64,000 bases of DNA from positions 632,186 to 696,185 of the forward strand of contig NC_068998.1 in NCBI RefSeq assembly GCF_001194135.2. Reading direction: 5' to 3'. Position numbers and translations under genes: made by a program. The stretch is from Octopus bimaculoides. Taxonomy: Eukaryota. Below the pieces are notes generated by a model, which was not told the DNA's origin, searched no databases, and saw only the letters and a program-made list of their open reading frames with translations. Below are positions 1-12,800 of the stretch, piece after piece; position 1 is the first letter of the stretch; every line of letters begins with the position of its first letter.

Positions 1-1558
1 ACTCATGTATACATGCAAGTGGACATATATCCAAACCCAAGTACATTACGTGTGTGTGTGTGTGTGTGTGAACATGTGAAGTGTATGTGTGTGTGCTAAC
101 TTCTGTTTGATTCCTATTTCATAGAAGCCATTCTCCAAAGAGGTTTTATTATCAGAAATAACAAGAGAAAATGGTGATTCTGCGTTGAGAAGATATGGAA
201 ATGTAATTAGTTGGTGACATTAGATGTTAATCCTACACATATCCGCTGCCATTGCAATTCTCCTTCATGACTTATTAATTTTTCTGGGAAATATTGCCAT
301 TTATATCTTGGTACAAATGCTTCAATTCTTAACAATATCCTAGAGAATGCCAAGATATATGCAATAAATTATAAATACAAGCAAAGGGACTGAGTTTTCT
401 ATCAACAGCAGACATAATTGTCTGCTAACAATATGGTTCACTTTGCGACAATGTGCTTCCTGGTTAGATTTCTCTAATACAACACTTGGAGCACAGCTCC
501 TGCTGTAGCCTCATGTTGACCAAACCCTTGTGAGAGGCACCTGATAGATGAAAACTGTGTGGAAGCCCATCAAATATGTGTGTATGTGTTTACACTAATC
601 TCCCCACCACCAAAAAATAGGTGTTTATGTTGTGTGCCTTTATATCCTGTAACTTAGCTGTCCAACAAATAGAAAGATTGATAAAATAATTGCAAGAGTT
701 ATTACAGTTAACTAAACCTGTAAAAGTATTGCCCCTGGATGGCTATTATCGGTAATTCAATCACATACAGCATTATATATATATATATATATATATACAT
801 GACATTAAACTGCGTCCAGTAATGAGGTCCCAGTTCAGGAGATCTGGAGCTGTGAGGAATGTGGAGTCGGCGTTTATTTACCATTATTCCCAGATCCATT
901 CTGACGTGGAATGATAGAATCTGTCAGAGTCCCATCTATGGGTCAAAGGAATTTCCCCAGGGGCAGAGGAGGCTCATGATATTTTTCAGAAAGCCATGGG
1001 GAAGGCTGCTCTTCCAGAGGAAAGTTCTTCTGACATAAAACTTGCAATCGAAATAGTACCCAGGCTTGTCACTGGAAGATGAGAGGCTAAAGTGGCAGCC
1101 GAGGGCTGGAAGGTGAGTTGTGCACGAGAGAGTGGCAAAAATGCTCTACAAGCTTTTGTCACTTGGATCGGATGACATATAGATATCACACTATTATTTC
1201 GTTGCTTGATCTATTCTTTTATCTTTCAAAGTCAAAAGGCTGTGGATGCATGGCACGAAAAGTTATATGTAACGATGAAAGTAAATTAGAGCAATGAGGC
1301 TGAATGTAAGATGGCTATCATCATATGTGTGTGTGTGTGTATGCACACACACAGACACGTATAAAATCATAACCTATTATTATACAATAAACTGCAATGT
1401 TATATATTATAGCTGATTACAATACACTGTTGTATATGTGTGTATACATATACATACACACATACATAAAACAGACTTATTCTATAATTTTCTTTGCAAT
1501 ATATATCATAGCTTATTACCTTACATTACAATAGGGTGTGTATTTATCTATCTGTCTG

Positions 1559-1621
<63 letters not shown>

Positions 1622-1634
1622 TCCATTACTATAC

Positions 1635-2230
1635 NNNNNNNNNNNNNNNNNNNNNNNNNNNNNNNNNNNNNNNNNNNNNNNNNNNNNNNNNNNNNNNNNN
1701 NNNNNNNNNNNNNNNNNNNNNNNNNNNNNNNNNNNNNNNNNNNNNNNNNNNNNNNNNNNNNNNNNNNNNNNNNNNNNNNNNNNNNNNNNNNNNNNNNNNN
1801 NNNNNNNNNNNNNNNNNNNNNNNNNNNNNNNNNNNNNNNNNNNNNNNNNNNNNNNNNNNNNNNNNNNNNNNNNNNNNNNNNNNNNNNNNNNNNNNNNNNN
1901 NNNNNNNNNNNNNNNNNNNNNNNNNNNNNNNNNNNNNNNNNNNNNNNNNNNNNNNNNNNNNNNNNNNNNNNNNNNNNNNNNNNNNNNNNNNNNNNNNNNN
2001 NNNNNNNNNNNNNNNNNNNNNNNNNNNNNNNNNNNNNNNNNNNNNNNNNNNNNNNNNNNNNNNNNNNNNNNNNNNNNNNNNNNNNNNNNNNNNNNNNNNN
2101 NNNNNNNNNNNNNNNNNNNNNNNNNNNNNNNNNNNNNNNNNNNNNNNNNNNNNNNNNNNNNNNNNNNNNNNNNNNNNNNNNNNNNNNNNNNNNNNNNNNN
2201 NNNNNNNNNNNNNNNNNNNNNNNNNNNNNN
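1635..2230. other. Assembly gap (largest of 7; others 4913-5158, 5800-6074, 6535-6634, 35642-35824, 36931-37147, 62558-62567)
   Basis: N-run flanked by (TA)n. All but the last gap border simple or tandem repeats. Confidence 1.
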
Positions 2231-3020
2231 TATATATATCGATCTATCTCTCCCTCTCTTTCTAATAGTTTTGTTTTGTAATTTTACTACAACAAGCATT
2301 TTTAATGGTAATCCAAAGATTGGAAGTTTTGTAATTAACTTCAGATTTCACCCCCAAAACTCAGGAAAATAAAGTCTTCTTTGAAGCAACCATTATCTTT
2401 TACCATTCTACAATAAAACATTCATTTACACATTTAACACAATGACATTGTTTTCAATTGATATGTATTCTTTCTCCTTCAACAAGACATGGCATTTAAC
2501 TTATGACTTCAGAGTCAAGAAATAGAAGACAGACATCACAAGACTTATATAGTTAATACCAAAGAAACTGAGTAGAATAAGTGGAGACTTTTTTATGCTG
2601 GGTAGGATAATCTATTGCTAGTAATACTCCTCATCAACTAGATCAGTACTCTCCATTGTGGGCAGTACTGTCCCCCACCTAGACATGAGACAAATTTTAA
2701 ATGGGTACTGGGGTATGAAGAATAGGTAGTGGTGGAGCAAAGTGATAGGTGCACGTGTGCAATTTTTTAGTTTCCGTTTTGAATATCAAACTTTAAAAAC
2801 CAATTTAATATCATTCTGAACCACCTGTTAACTGCATTCACAACACCACCCATGATGGTGAGACTAATGAACTTCAACATGTGAAAACAAAACTGAATAA
2901 ATACTGCTGACATTTATAGTACAACATATAATAATCTCTTTCTCTCTGTGTATGGAGTGTGTGTGTGTGTGTGTGTGTGTGTGCATGTGCGTATGTGTGT
3001 GTGTATATATATATATATAT

Positions 3021-3400
3021 TCTTGTATTTATTTTGGTCACTTTGACTGCGGCCATGCTGGAGCACTGCCTTTAGTTGAACAAATCAACCCCAGGACTTA
3101 TTCTTTGTAAGCCCCGTATTTATTCTATCACTCTATTTTGCCAAACCACTAAGTTACAGGGGCGTAAACACACCAACATTGGTTGTCAAGCGATGGTGGA
3201 GGGACAAACATATACACACTCACACACACATACATCTATACAACAGGCTTCTTTCAGATTCCGTCTACCAAATCCACTCACGAGGCTTTGGTCAGCCCAA
3301 GGCTATAGGAGAAGACACTGGCCCAAGGTGCCACACAGTGGAACTGAAACCAGAACCATGTGGTTCGTAAGCAAGCTACTTACCACACAGCCACTCCTGC
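3021..3400 (-). mobile_element. Well-preserved octopus-type tRNA-derived SINE
   Basis: Reverse complement starts gcaggagtggctgtgtggtaag...ggttctggtttcagttccactg (A/B-box-like head). The same family recurs at 23606, 25191, 26620 and 53600. Confidence 0.85.
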
Positions 3401-3426
3401 ACATATATATATATATATATTAATAT

Positions 3427-6400
3427 CAGCTGGTCCATTGGCCAGCCATCAATTGTATCTGTGGATACATTGGCAAGATGTCAATTGCATCTGCATGTCC
3501 ATTGGTCAGCTGTCAATAGTATCTGCGTATCAATTGACCAGCCAGTAATTGTATCTGCAGGTCCATTGGCTAGCTGGTCAAATGCCTCTGCTGGTCCATT
3601 GGTTAGCTGGTCAAGTGTATCTCCAGGTCCATTGGCCAGCTGGTCAATTGTATCTGCATGTCCATTGGTCAGCTGGTTAATTGTATCTACGTGTCCATTG
3701 GCCAGCTGGTCAATTATATCTGTGTGTCCATTGGCAGCCATCGATTGTATCTGCGTGGCCATTGGCCAGTTGTCAATTGTATCTGCATGTCCATTGGCAA
3801 TCTGATCAGTTGTATCTGCGTGCCCATTGGCCAGCCGTCAATTGTATCTGCATGTCCATTGGCCAGCTGACAATTGCATCTGCATATCCATTGGCAAGCC
3901 TTCAACTGTATATGGGTGACCATTGGCCAGTCGGTCAATTGTATCCGCGGGCATATTGGCTAACTGGTCAAGTGTATCTGCAGGTCCATTAGCCAGCAGG
4001 TCAATTGTATCTGCGTGTCTATTGGCCAGCCGTCAATAATATCTGCAGGTCCATTGGCAACTGTCAATTGTATATGCTGATCCACTAGCCAGCTGCTCAA
4101 TTGTATCTGCGTGTCCATTGGCCAGCCGTCAATTGTATCTGCTGGTCCATTGCCCAGCCGTCAATTGTATCTGCGTGTCCATTGGCCAGCCGGTCAAGTG
4201 TTTCTGCCTGTCCATTGGCCAGCCGGTCAAGTGTTTCTGCCTGTCCATTGGCCAGCCACCAATTCTATCTGCAGGTCCATTGGCCAGTCGTCAGTTGTAT
4301 CTCCGTGTCCATTGGCCAGCCGTCAATTGTATCTCCGTGTCCATTGGCCAGCCGTCAATTGTATCTGCGCGTCCATTGGCCAGCTATCAATTGTATCTGC
4401 TGGTCCATTGGCCAGCCGTCAATTGTGTCTGCATGTCCATTGGCCAGTCGGTCAATTGTATCTGCCGGCCCATTGGCCACCGAGTCTATTGCAACTGAAG
4501 GTCCATCGGCCAACCGGTCAATTGTATATGCTAATCCATTGGCCAGCAGGTCAATTGTATAAGCTGGTCCATTGGCCAGCGAGTCTATTGTATCTGCTGG
4601 TCCATTGGCCAGCCGTCAATTGTATCTACGTGTCCATTGGCAAGCCGTCAATTGTATCTACTCGTCCATTGGCCAATCGTCAATTGTATCTACGTGTCCA
4701 TTGGCAAGCCGTCGTATCTGCTGGTTCATTGGCCAGCCGTTAATTGTATCTGCATGTCCATTGGCCAGCCTGTCAATTATATCTGCGTGTCCATTGGCCA
4801 GCTGGTCAATTGTGTCTGCAGGTCAATTGGACAGCAGACAATCGTATCTGCACGTCCATTGGCCAGCTGGTCAATTGTGTCTGCAGGTAAATTGATCAGC
4901 AGTCAATTGTATNNNNNNNNNNNNNNNNNNNNNNNNNNNNNNNNNNNNNNNNNNNNNNNNNNNNNNNNNNNNNNNNNNNNNNNNNNNNNNNNNNNNNNNN
5001 NNNNNNNNNNNNNNNNNNNNNNNNNNNNNNNNNNNNNNNNNNNNNNNNNNNNNNNNNNNNNNNNNNNNNNNNNNNNNNNNNNNNNNNNNNNNNNNNNNNN
5101 NNNNNNNNNNNNNNNNNNNNNNNNNNNNNNNNNNNNNNNNNNNNNNNNNNNNNNNNNNTCCATTGGCCAGCCGACAATTGTATCTGCTGGTCCATTGGCC
5201 AGCCGACAATTGTATCTGCTGGTCCATTGTCCAGCCGTCAATTGTATCTGCTGGTCCATTGGCCGGCCCTCAATTGTATCTACGTGTCCATTGACCAGCT
5301 GGTCAATTGTATCTGCGTGTCCATTGACCAGCCGTCAATTGTATCTGCGTGTCCATTGGCCAGCTGTTCAATTGTATCAGCGTGTTCATTGGCCAGTCGG
5401 TCAATTGTATCTGCGTGTACATTAGCCAGCCGTCAATTGTATCTGCGTGTCCATTGGCCAGCCGTCAAATGTATCTGCGTGTCCATTGGCCAGCCGTCAA
5501 TTGTATCTGCTGGTCCATTGGCCAGCCGCCAATTGTATCTGCGCGTCCATTGGCCAGTCGTCAATTGTATCTGGGTGTCCATTGGCCAGCCGTCAATTGT
5601 ATCGGCTGGTCCATTGGCCAGTCGACAATTGTATCTGGGTGTCCATTGGCCAGCCGTCTATTGTATCGGCTGGTCCATTGGCCAGCCGTCAATTGTATCT
5701 GCGTGTCCATTGGCCAGCTGGTCAATTGTGTCTGCAGGTCAATTGGCCAGCCGTCAATTGTATCTGCTGGTCCATTGGCCAGCCGTCAATTGTATCTACN
5801 NNNNNNNNNNNNNNNNNNNNNNNNNNNNNNNNNNNNNNNNNNNNNNNNNNNNNNNNNNNNNNNNNNNNNNNNNNNNNNNNNNNNNNNNNNNNNNNNNNNN
5901 NNNNNNNNNNNNNNNNNNNNNNNNNNNNNNNNNNNNNNNNNNNNNNNNNNNNNNNNNNNNNNNNNNNNNNNNNNNNNNNNNNNNNNNNNNNNNNNNNNNN
6001 NNNNNNNNNNNNNNNNNNNNNNNNNNNNNNNNNNNNNNNNNNNNNNNNNNNNNNNNNNNNNNNNNNNNNNNNNNATTGGCCAGCTGGTCAATTGTCTGCG
6101 TGTCCATTGGCCAGCCTGTTAATTGTATCTCCGTGTCCATTGGCCGGCCGTCAATTGTATCTGCGTGTCCATTGGCCAGCCGTCAGTTGTATCTGCGTGT
6201 CCATTGGCCAGCCGTCAATTGTATCTGCGCGTCCATTGGCCAGCTATCAATTGTATCTGCTGGTCCATTGGCCAGCCGTTAATTGTATCTGCGTGTCCAT
6301 TGGACAGCCGTCAATTGTATCTGCGTGTCCATTGGCCAGCTGATCAGTTGTGTCTGCAGGTCAATTGGTCCGCAGTCAATTGTATCAGCGTGTTCATTGG

Positions 6401-8145
6401 CCAGTCGTTCAATTGTATCTGCGGGCCCATTGGCCAGCTGGTCAATTGTGTCTGCAAACAATTGTATCTGCGTGTCCATTGGCAAGCTGGTCAATTGTCT
6501 GCAGGTAAATTGGTCAGCAGTCAATTGTATCAGCNNNNNNNNNNNNNNNNNNNNNNNNNNNNNNNNNNNNNNNNNNNNNNNNNNNNNNNNNNNNNNNNNN
6601 NNNNNNNNNNNNNNNNNNNNNNNNNNNNNNNNNNTGTTTCTGCAGGTCGTTTGGCCTGCGCGTCCATTGGCCAGCCTGTCAATTGTATCTCTGTGTCCAT
6701 TGGCCAGCTGGTCAATTGTGTCTGCAGGTCAATTGGTCAGCAGTCAATTATATCTGCGTGTCCATTGGCCAGCTGGTCAATTGTATCTGCAGGTCAATTG
6801 GTCAGCAGTCAATTGTATCAACGTGTTCATTGGCCAGTCGGTCAATTGTATCTGCGGTTCCATTGGCCAGCAGGTCAATTGTGTCTGCTTGTCCATTGGC
6901 CAGCCGGTTAAGTGTTTCTGCCTGTTCATTGGCCAGTCGTCAATTGTAATTGCGTGTCTATTGGCCAGCCGTCAATTGTATCTGCGTGTCCATTGGCCAG
7001 CCGTCAATGGTATTTGCAGGCCCATTGGCTAACTGGTAAAATATTTCTGCTGGTCCATTGGCCAGCTGGTCAATTGTAGCTGCAGTTCTATTGACCCCAC
7101 AGTTCAACTGTATCTGCTTGTCCAATGACCAGCAGGTGAATTGTATCTGCGACTCCGTTGGTCAGCTGGTCAATTGTATCCGCAGGTTAATTGACCATCT
7201 GGTCAGTATTATCTGCTGGTCCCTTTTTCAGTGGTCAATTGTATCTGCTGTTCCATTCGTCAGCTGGTCAATCTTATGTGCTGGTCCATTGGCTAGCAGG
7301 TCTATTGTATCTGCTGGTCCATTAGCTCGCTGGTCAATTGTATCTGCAGGTTTATTGGTTAACTGGTCAAGTGTATCGGCTGGCCCATTGGTCAGCTGGT
7401 CATTTATATGTGCTGGTGCATTGGTTAGCAGTCAATTGTCTCTGCTGGTTCATTTTCAGCTGGTCCATTAGCTAGCTGGGAAATTGTATCTGCTGGTCCA
7501 TTGGTTTGTTGTCAGTTGCTTCTGCTGGTCACTTGTATCTTCTGGTCCATTGGTCTGTGGTCAATTGCTTCTGCTGGTCCATTGGTTAGTGATCAATTGT
7601 ATCCGCTGCTCCATTGGTTAGCTGGTCCATTGGTTAGCTGCTCAAGTGTATCTGCTGGTCCATTGGTCTGTGGTCAATTGCTTCTGCCTGACCATCGGTC
7701 TGTGGTCAATTGTATCTGCTGCTCCATTGGTTAGCTGTTCAAGTGTATCTGCTGGTCCATTTGGTCTGTGGTCAATTGCTTCTGCTGGTCCATTGGTTAG
7801 TGGTCAATTGTATCTGCTGCTCCATTGGTTAGCTGGTCAAGTGTATCTGCTGGTCTGTGGTCAATTGCTTCTACCGGACCATTGGTCTGTGGTCAATTGT
7901 GTCTGCTGCTGCTGCATTGGTTAGTGGTCAATTGTATCTGCCAGTCCATTTTATCTGCCATTCCATTGGTTAGCTGGTCAATTGTATCTGCTGGTCCATT
8001 GGTTAGCTGGTCAATTGTATTTGCCGGTCCATCAGTTCGCTGGTCAATTGTATCTGCTGGTTCATTGGTTATTGGTCAATTGTATCTGCTGGTGCATTTG
8101 TTAGCTGGTCAGTTGTATCTGCCGGTCCATTGGTTAGCTGGTCAA
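3427..8145. repeat. Tandem minisatellite, 32/33-bp unit (gtccattggccagc[t]g/cgtcaattgtatctgcgt), about 4.7 kb including 3 N-gaps
   Basis: Directly visible periodicity. Assembly gaps at 4913-5158, 5800-6074 and 6535-6634 fall inside the array. Confidence 0.97.
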
Positions 8146-9452
8146 GGTAGTATGTGACCCGTTTCATTCATCTCCCCACCACCACCCGTCATAGTAACTA
8201 TTACAATATCACAACCCTGCCTTTATAAACCACAATATTCCAACCTTGTCATTGTTTTGTTTTGTTGGTTGTTTCAAATGACTGTTAGATGGAGCAATAA
8301 TGTGAGAAAGCCTAAGAAACTACATCAAATATACGGATCACACACACACAATCAAATGCATACATTAAAAATACACACACACACATCTATGCATAATGGA
8401 AACACATCCACCGATACATACAAATACAAAATCATATATATACACACGCACACACAAGCATACATACCGTTAACTACATTAACATATATGGAAACACACA
8501 CACATACATACATACTGACTCCACATTATGTGACCCATGCAGCCATTGAAAACAAACATTAAAATCTCTATAATGTTAATAGACATAAAAAGTTGTGTAA
8601 AATTACATTTTTAATCACAACAAATTTATTGATCTTTTCCAGAAACTATTTTGAATATTATTTCAGTGTTGTTGATTTGGTGTTATGTCATTTATAGTGA
8701 ACATATTATCATCATCATTAGCTAATGTCTGACTGTGGTAACTTTTTGAACAAGTTAACCAATGACCCCTGGCCTTTGTAAATCCTTTAATATCAGTGAA
8801 GATTGATGTGAATATTTTTGACTTGATATGGGTACCTGAGGCACAAGGAGTTCCAGTGGGATACAGTTATGGGGAGAAGAATTCAAGGAAACATTTTTAG
8901 GATTGTGGAGCAAGAGACAATAATGGTGGAGAAAAAGAGGCAGATGGGAAAGGTTAGTCTATGGCCAGGTGGGGTCACAGTCGTATCAAGGATAAGACTA
9001 CTCAGAATGAACAGACCCTTTTATTACACCCAACTAGATGAAGCTATCTTCTGAGGGAAAACTACCCCAAAGCACTTAACATCAAATTAACTTCCTGGTG
9101 GTAGATACACCTATACACTCTGTAAGGAAATATCATAATTAGTCGAATTTTCAGAAGCTCTGACATAAGTCTATAAAGTGAGTCAACTCTTGGTACATGA
9201 TATAAAGAGAATAGGTGAGATGTTCATAGCAAGTCTAGCACCACACAATATACTATTTTGAAACCTGTATTCCACAAGCCTTATGTGTATATATGTATAT
9301 ATATATATATACCACAAAATATTTTGTCCAAGGTTCTACTGATTCATTAGTCTCTTACACCTCTGTTAATACAGCACTCCTATTAACCACTGACCACACT
9401 TCAGCTAACCTTTAATCCTTCATCATTTCTATCATATACAACACCAAAATTA

Positions 9453-9487
9453 ACCATTGCTTATTTCTTCTTATTTTTCAGGTGAGT
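9453..9487 (+). promoter_or_regulatory. Recursive-splice-site-like motif (branch point, polypyrimidine tract, CAG|GTGAGT)
   Basis: ttAac at about 9453, then ttatttcttcttatttttcag abutting the consensus donor GTGAGT at 9482. Confidence 0.45.
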
Positions 9488-9695
9488 TCAAATTAATCTG
9501 TTGAAGATATTCACGGTAGGAGTCTTATTGTTGTTATTAACACCATCACTTAAACTATTATTTACCATTATACCATTATATTACAAATCCCACCACCTCA
9601 TCCCCTGGGATAGGTTACTAGCCTGTTGTTGTTACTTTTCCCTACTGCAAGCCAATGAAACCTTTGTTTATTCCAAAGTGCTCCTACAGAACTTG

Positions 9696-9818
9696 ATGGA
9701 CTTAGTCAACCACTGTCTTAACCTTGGACACACCACATACAGTACCAGTGACAAGGAATACACTGATCATCTCTTGGTTGCTAGCTTGCTACCCTGGGCT
9801 CCCTCTGATATTTGCCAG
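9696..9818 (+). CDS. Candidate alternative first coding exon (MDLVNHCLNLGHTTYSTSDKEYTDHLLVASLLPWAPSDICQ)
   Basis: ATG-initiated open frame ending at CAG|GTGAGC in phase 0, matching the phase-0 acceptor at 24440. Locally GC-richer than the flanks. No recognised homology. Confidence 0.3.
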
Positions 9819-12800
9819 GTGAGCCTGTAAGTGACAGGTACACACTGACCGTTTCTCTTCGTCTTCCGTAAAATGAAGAAACAGGTTTTCAGTTTTCAGT
9901 TCCAGACGTAAACTGAGAGACGTAACCACGGGCTACTGGGACCATTGTTAACGTTGGAAATACCCAACTCTCCATGTAATAAGGAGATTTCCGACTACCC
10001 CAGGAATGTAGAAGTAGCTGATAGGGTAACAACACCTTTGAGAAAAGTCTAAAAGTTTGCTCCCTTCTATAACCTTCCCGACATTCAACTATTTCACTTT
10101 CTCTAAATAATAATTACAAAGAGACATGTTTGTTTATTGAGATGGCAGAGGTGAAGTGTGTGTGTGTGTGTGTTTTGTCTTTTATCAAATACAGTTTCTT
10201 GAGGCAGTTTAAACATTCAATACATCTGCCATAATTCAATTATTCTCAACTTTCAGTTATATTCTAGTTTCCCTACCTTTTTTCCTTTAAATGTCTTCAG
10301 TTGCTATAAATTCCAAGAAGTCAGTGTGAAATAAATAAGGAAACAACTTTGATTCTCTTGTGTAAAATGGGTTTCTTTGATAAAGATAACTAAAAAACAA
10401 ATGTATACATTACAAATCAAGATCAAGTAAAATGCATTGCTACACCTGACACACACACAAACACATACAAACCTTGTCTTGGAATATTTGATGGTATTGT
10501 TGTCAATAAAAATGGTATATAAATGTTAGTTTGACATGAAATAGAATCAATAAATGTTATTTTTATTCTCAATGTGTTGAACAGATAACATTTTATATTT
10601 CATTTCCTCCTCCTCCCCCAGTTTCAGGGTGGTGGTGGTGGTGGTGGTTGCAGAGGTTGGGGTATTCACTAGTTAAGATGTTAGAATGGTTTTTTCAAAG
10701 TCCAGCAAGTGACTTGTTCTGAGACTGGGTGTTGAAACCAAAGTAATTACATCATAGAAGTAGAATTATTTTAACCATTTCAAAGGCAGTGAAATTGTTG
10801 TGGCAAACAGGTCATTAATGGAATGCAATGAATATTTGGACGGCTCAAGAAATAAAGGAAACATGAGGAGAACAAGCTTTGTAGTTCGTTTGGCTATTTG
10901 CAGTCTGATTTCAAATGCTACCATAGACAATGTTTGTAGGATCCACAGAGTACCAGCATCACATCTTGAATGTTCCACTGGCCAAGAGGGTTTCTCTGTG
11001 CATGACTACTTGGGTACCAAAAACTATTATTGAATACATTGTACATGTTACCAAGTCAATTTTGGTTGCAATGACAGCTGTAGTAGTTAGAAGGGAGGTA
11101 GTTTAACTGCTCTTTCTGAAAGGTCAAATGTTCAGTTGTGGTGGTGGCTGCAGCAGAGAGAGGCTTAGAATACAACAGATAACCTTCCTCTGGATTTACT
11201 ACTGGGAGGTCATTTTCTGGTTGTCTGCCCCAACAGATCTCTCTGAATATTTCACAACACATCACCCTAAACTAATGATAGTATCTACAGCAGTTTTAGA
11301 TTTTTACGTATTTTGTTTTTATTTCAAATTGTTTTTATTATTACTGATTATTAACATTGATTTCCAACTTCCTGTTAGCCGTCTGATCAAATTAGCTTTT
11401 TGCCAACTCTAGAAATGTTCTAGTTGAAGAATTCCTTGAAGTTTAGACCGTTGCAGACACAAATATCTACACATGAAAACACACAGTTCTCACACATGCA
11501 CACATTATGTATATAGTTGGAAATGATTCTTTTCATAAGCATAAAATAACAAACGTTGACCAAACAAAGAACTCAATACATGTGTAGAATCTAATATTTA
11601 CTAGATAAGCCTTGACCAGCAAAACTTCAAAGCAACTGTCAATAAAATTTTATACATATACATATAATTTTCTGTCGATGGCTACACAGTTGCCATAGAC
11701 TAAACAATCAACCATTGCAAATAGTAAACAATAAACAAACAAAATAACAAAAGAAATACAATACCTACAGCCATTTTAGCATATTTCTACTACTATAATT
11801 ACATCTACTAAACAACAACAATACCAATACATATTTCTACTACATTAACAAACAACATCAACGTTTTTCTTAGTTACAACAACAACACCAACTAAATAAA
11901 CACTAAAATGACCAATAGCTATTAGGTAATTGATGTTGCTTGATGTGGCCATGATAGATATGATTTCAAAAGAGGAGAATATTTTGTTATTTATCCAATC
12001 CAGTTACCAGGTGAAGTGAGAGTGAAGTAATTCTATGGCAATGTCTTACATCAAAACCAACATACCATTGTTGTATATTATTGACAGTGAGATGATTTTG
12101 CAGTAACAGCCATTCTAGCTTTTTTACTCACCCCTTTCACAAAGAGAAAAAGTTTCCACAACCAATTTTTTCCAAGTTCTAATCAATTCTGTGTTAGTGT
12201 AACATTTTTTACAATTGGAACTCCTACTGTGTACTCTCACTGTCACTCTCAAATGTTTCTTTTCCCTGTAATAGAAATGGGTTTGAGCAACTTAAGGGTT
12301 CGCTAAGGTTGGGGAAAAGGGGAAGAGATAGAGGTCAAATTGCCTGAAGCAAACCCTTACCTCATGAGCTGAAAAGTCAGGGAATGTTAACTTGCTTGCA
12401 ACCATTACCATTCCTCACATTGCTTACTATTACAACCACCAGCAAACTCTTCTTGCTTGCATGCCTCCTCCCACAACCCAATGTTGGAACTGGTTTATTG
12501 TTTGGTCAACTAAATCCATAACAAAATTATGTGTTACGCAGGGGTACACCACAATGCCTGCCCTAGTTATTTGTGTTAATCAGAGTGTACCCCAACATCT
12601 CTACACCCAACACCTAACCTCTCTGACCAGTATATCTTGTAATATTTTTTTGGCAATGTCCTTTCTTCGTCTTCTTCTTACTTAGTGTTCCTTGTATCAA
12701 ATCTTGTTGTTGTCATTGTTGTTGTTATTTCTGTAGTATCCCTTCCTTTCCTCTGATTGGTGAATGTTGGAGGAAATGCCAGGTTTGGTAAATTAACAAG

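Noticed and set aside
1438-2372. Long ORFs of 250-280 aa
   Set aside because: They consist of (TA)n microsatellite plus N-gap. The same applies to the ORFs at 35211-35988 and 36862-37211.
3427-8145. CRISPR-like array or many overlapping ORFs
   Set aside because: Units are contiguous with no unique spacers, the context is eukaryotic and intronic with no cas genes, and the ORFs follow from periodicity and N-gaps.
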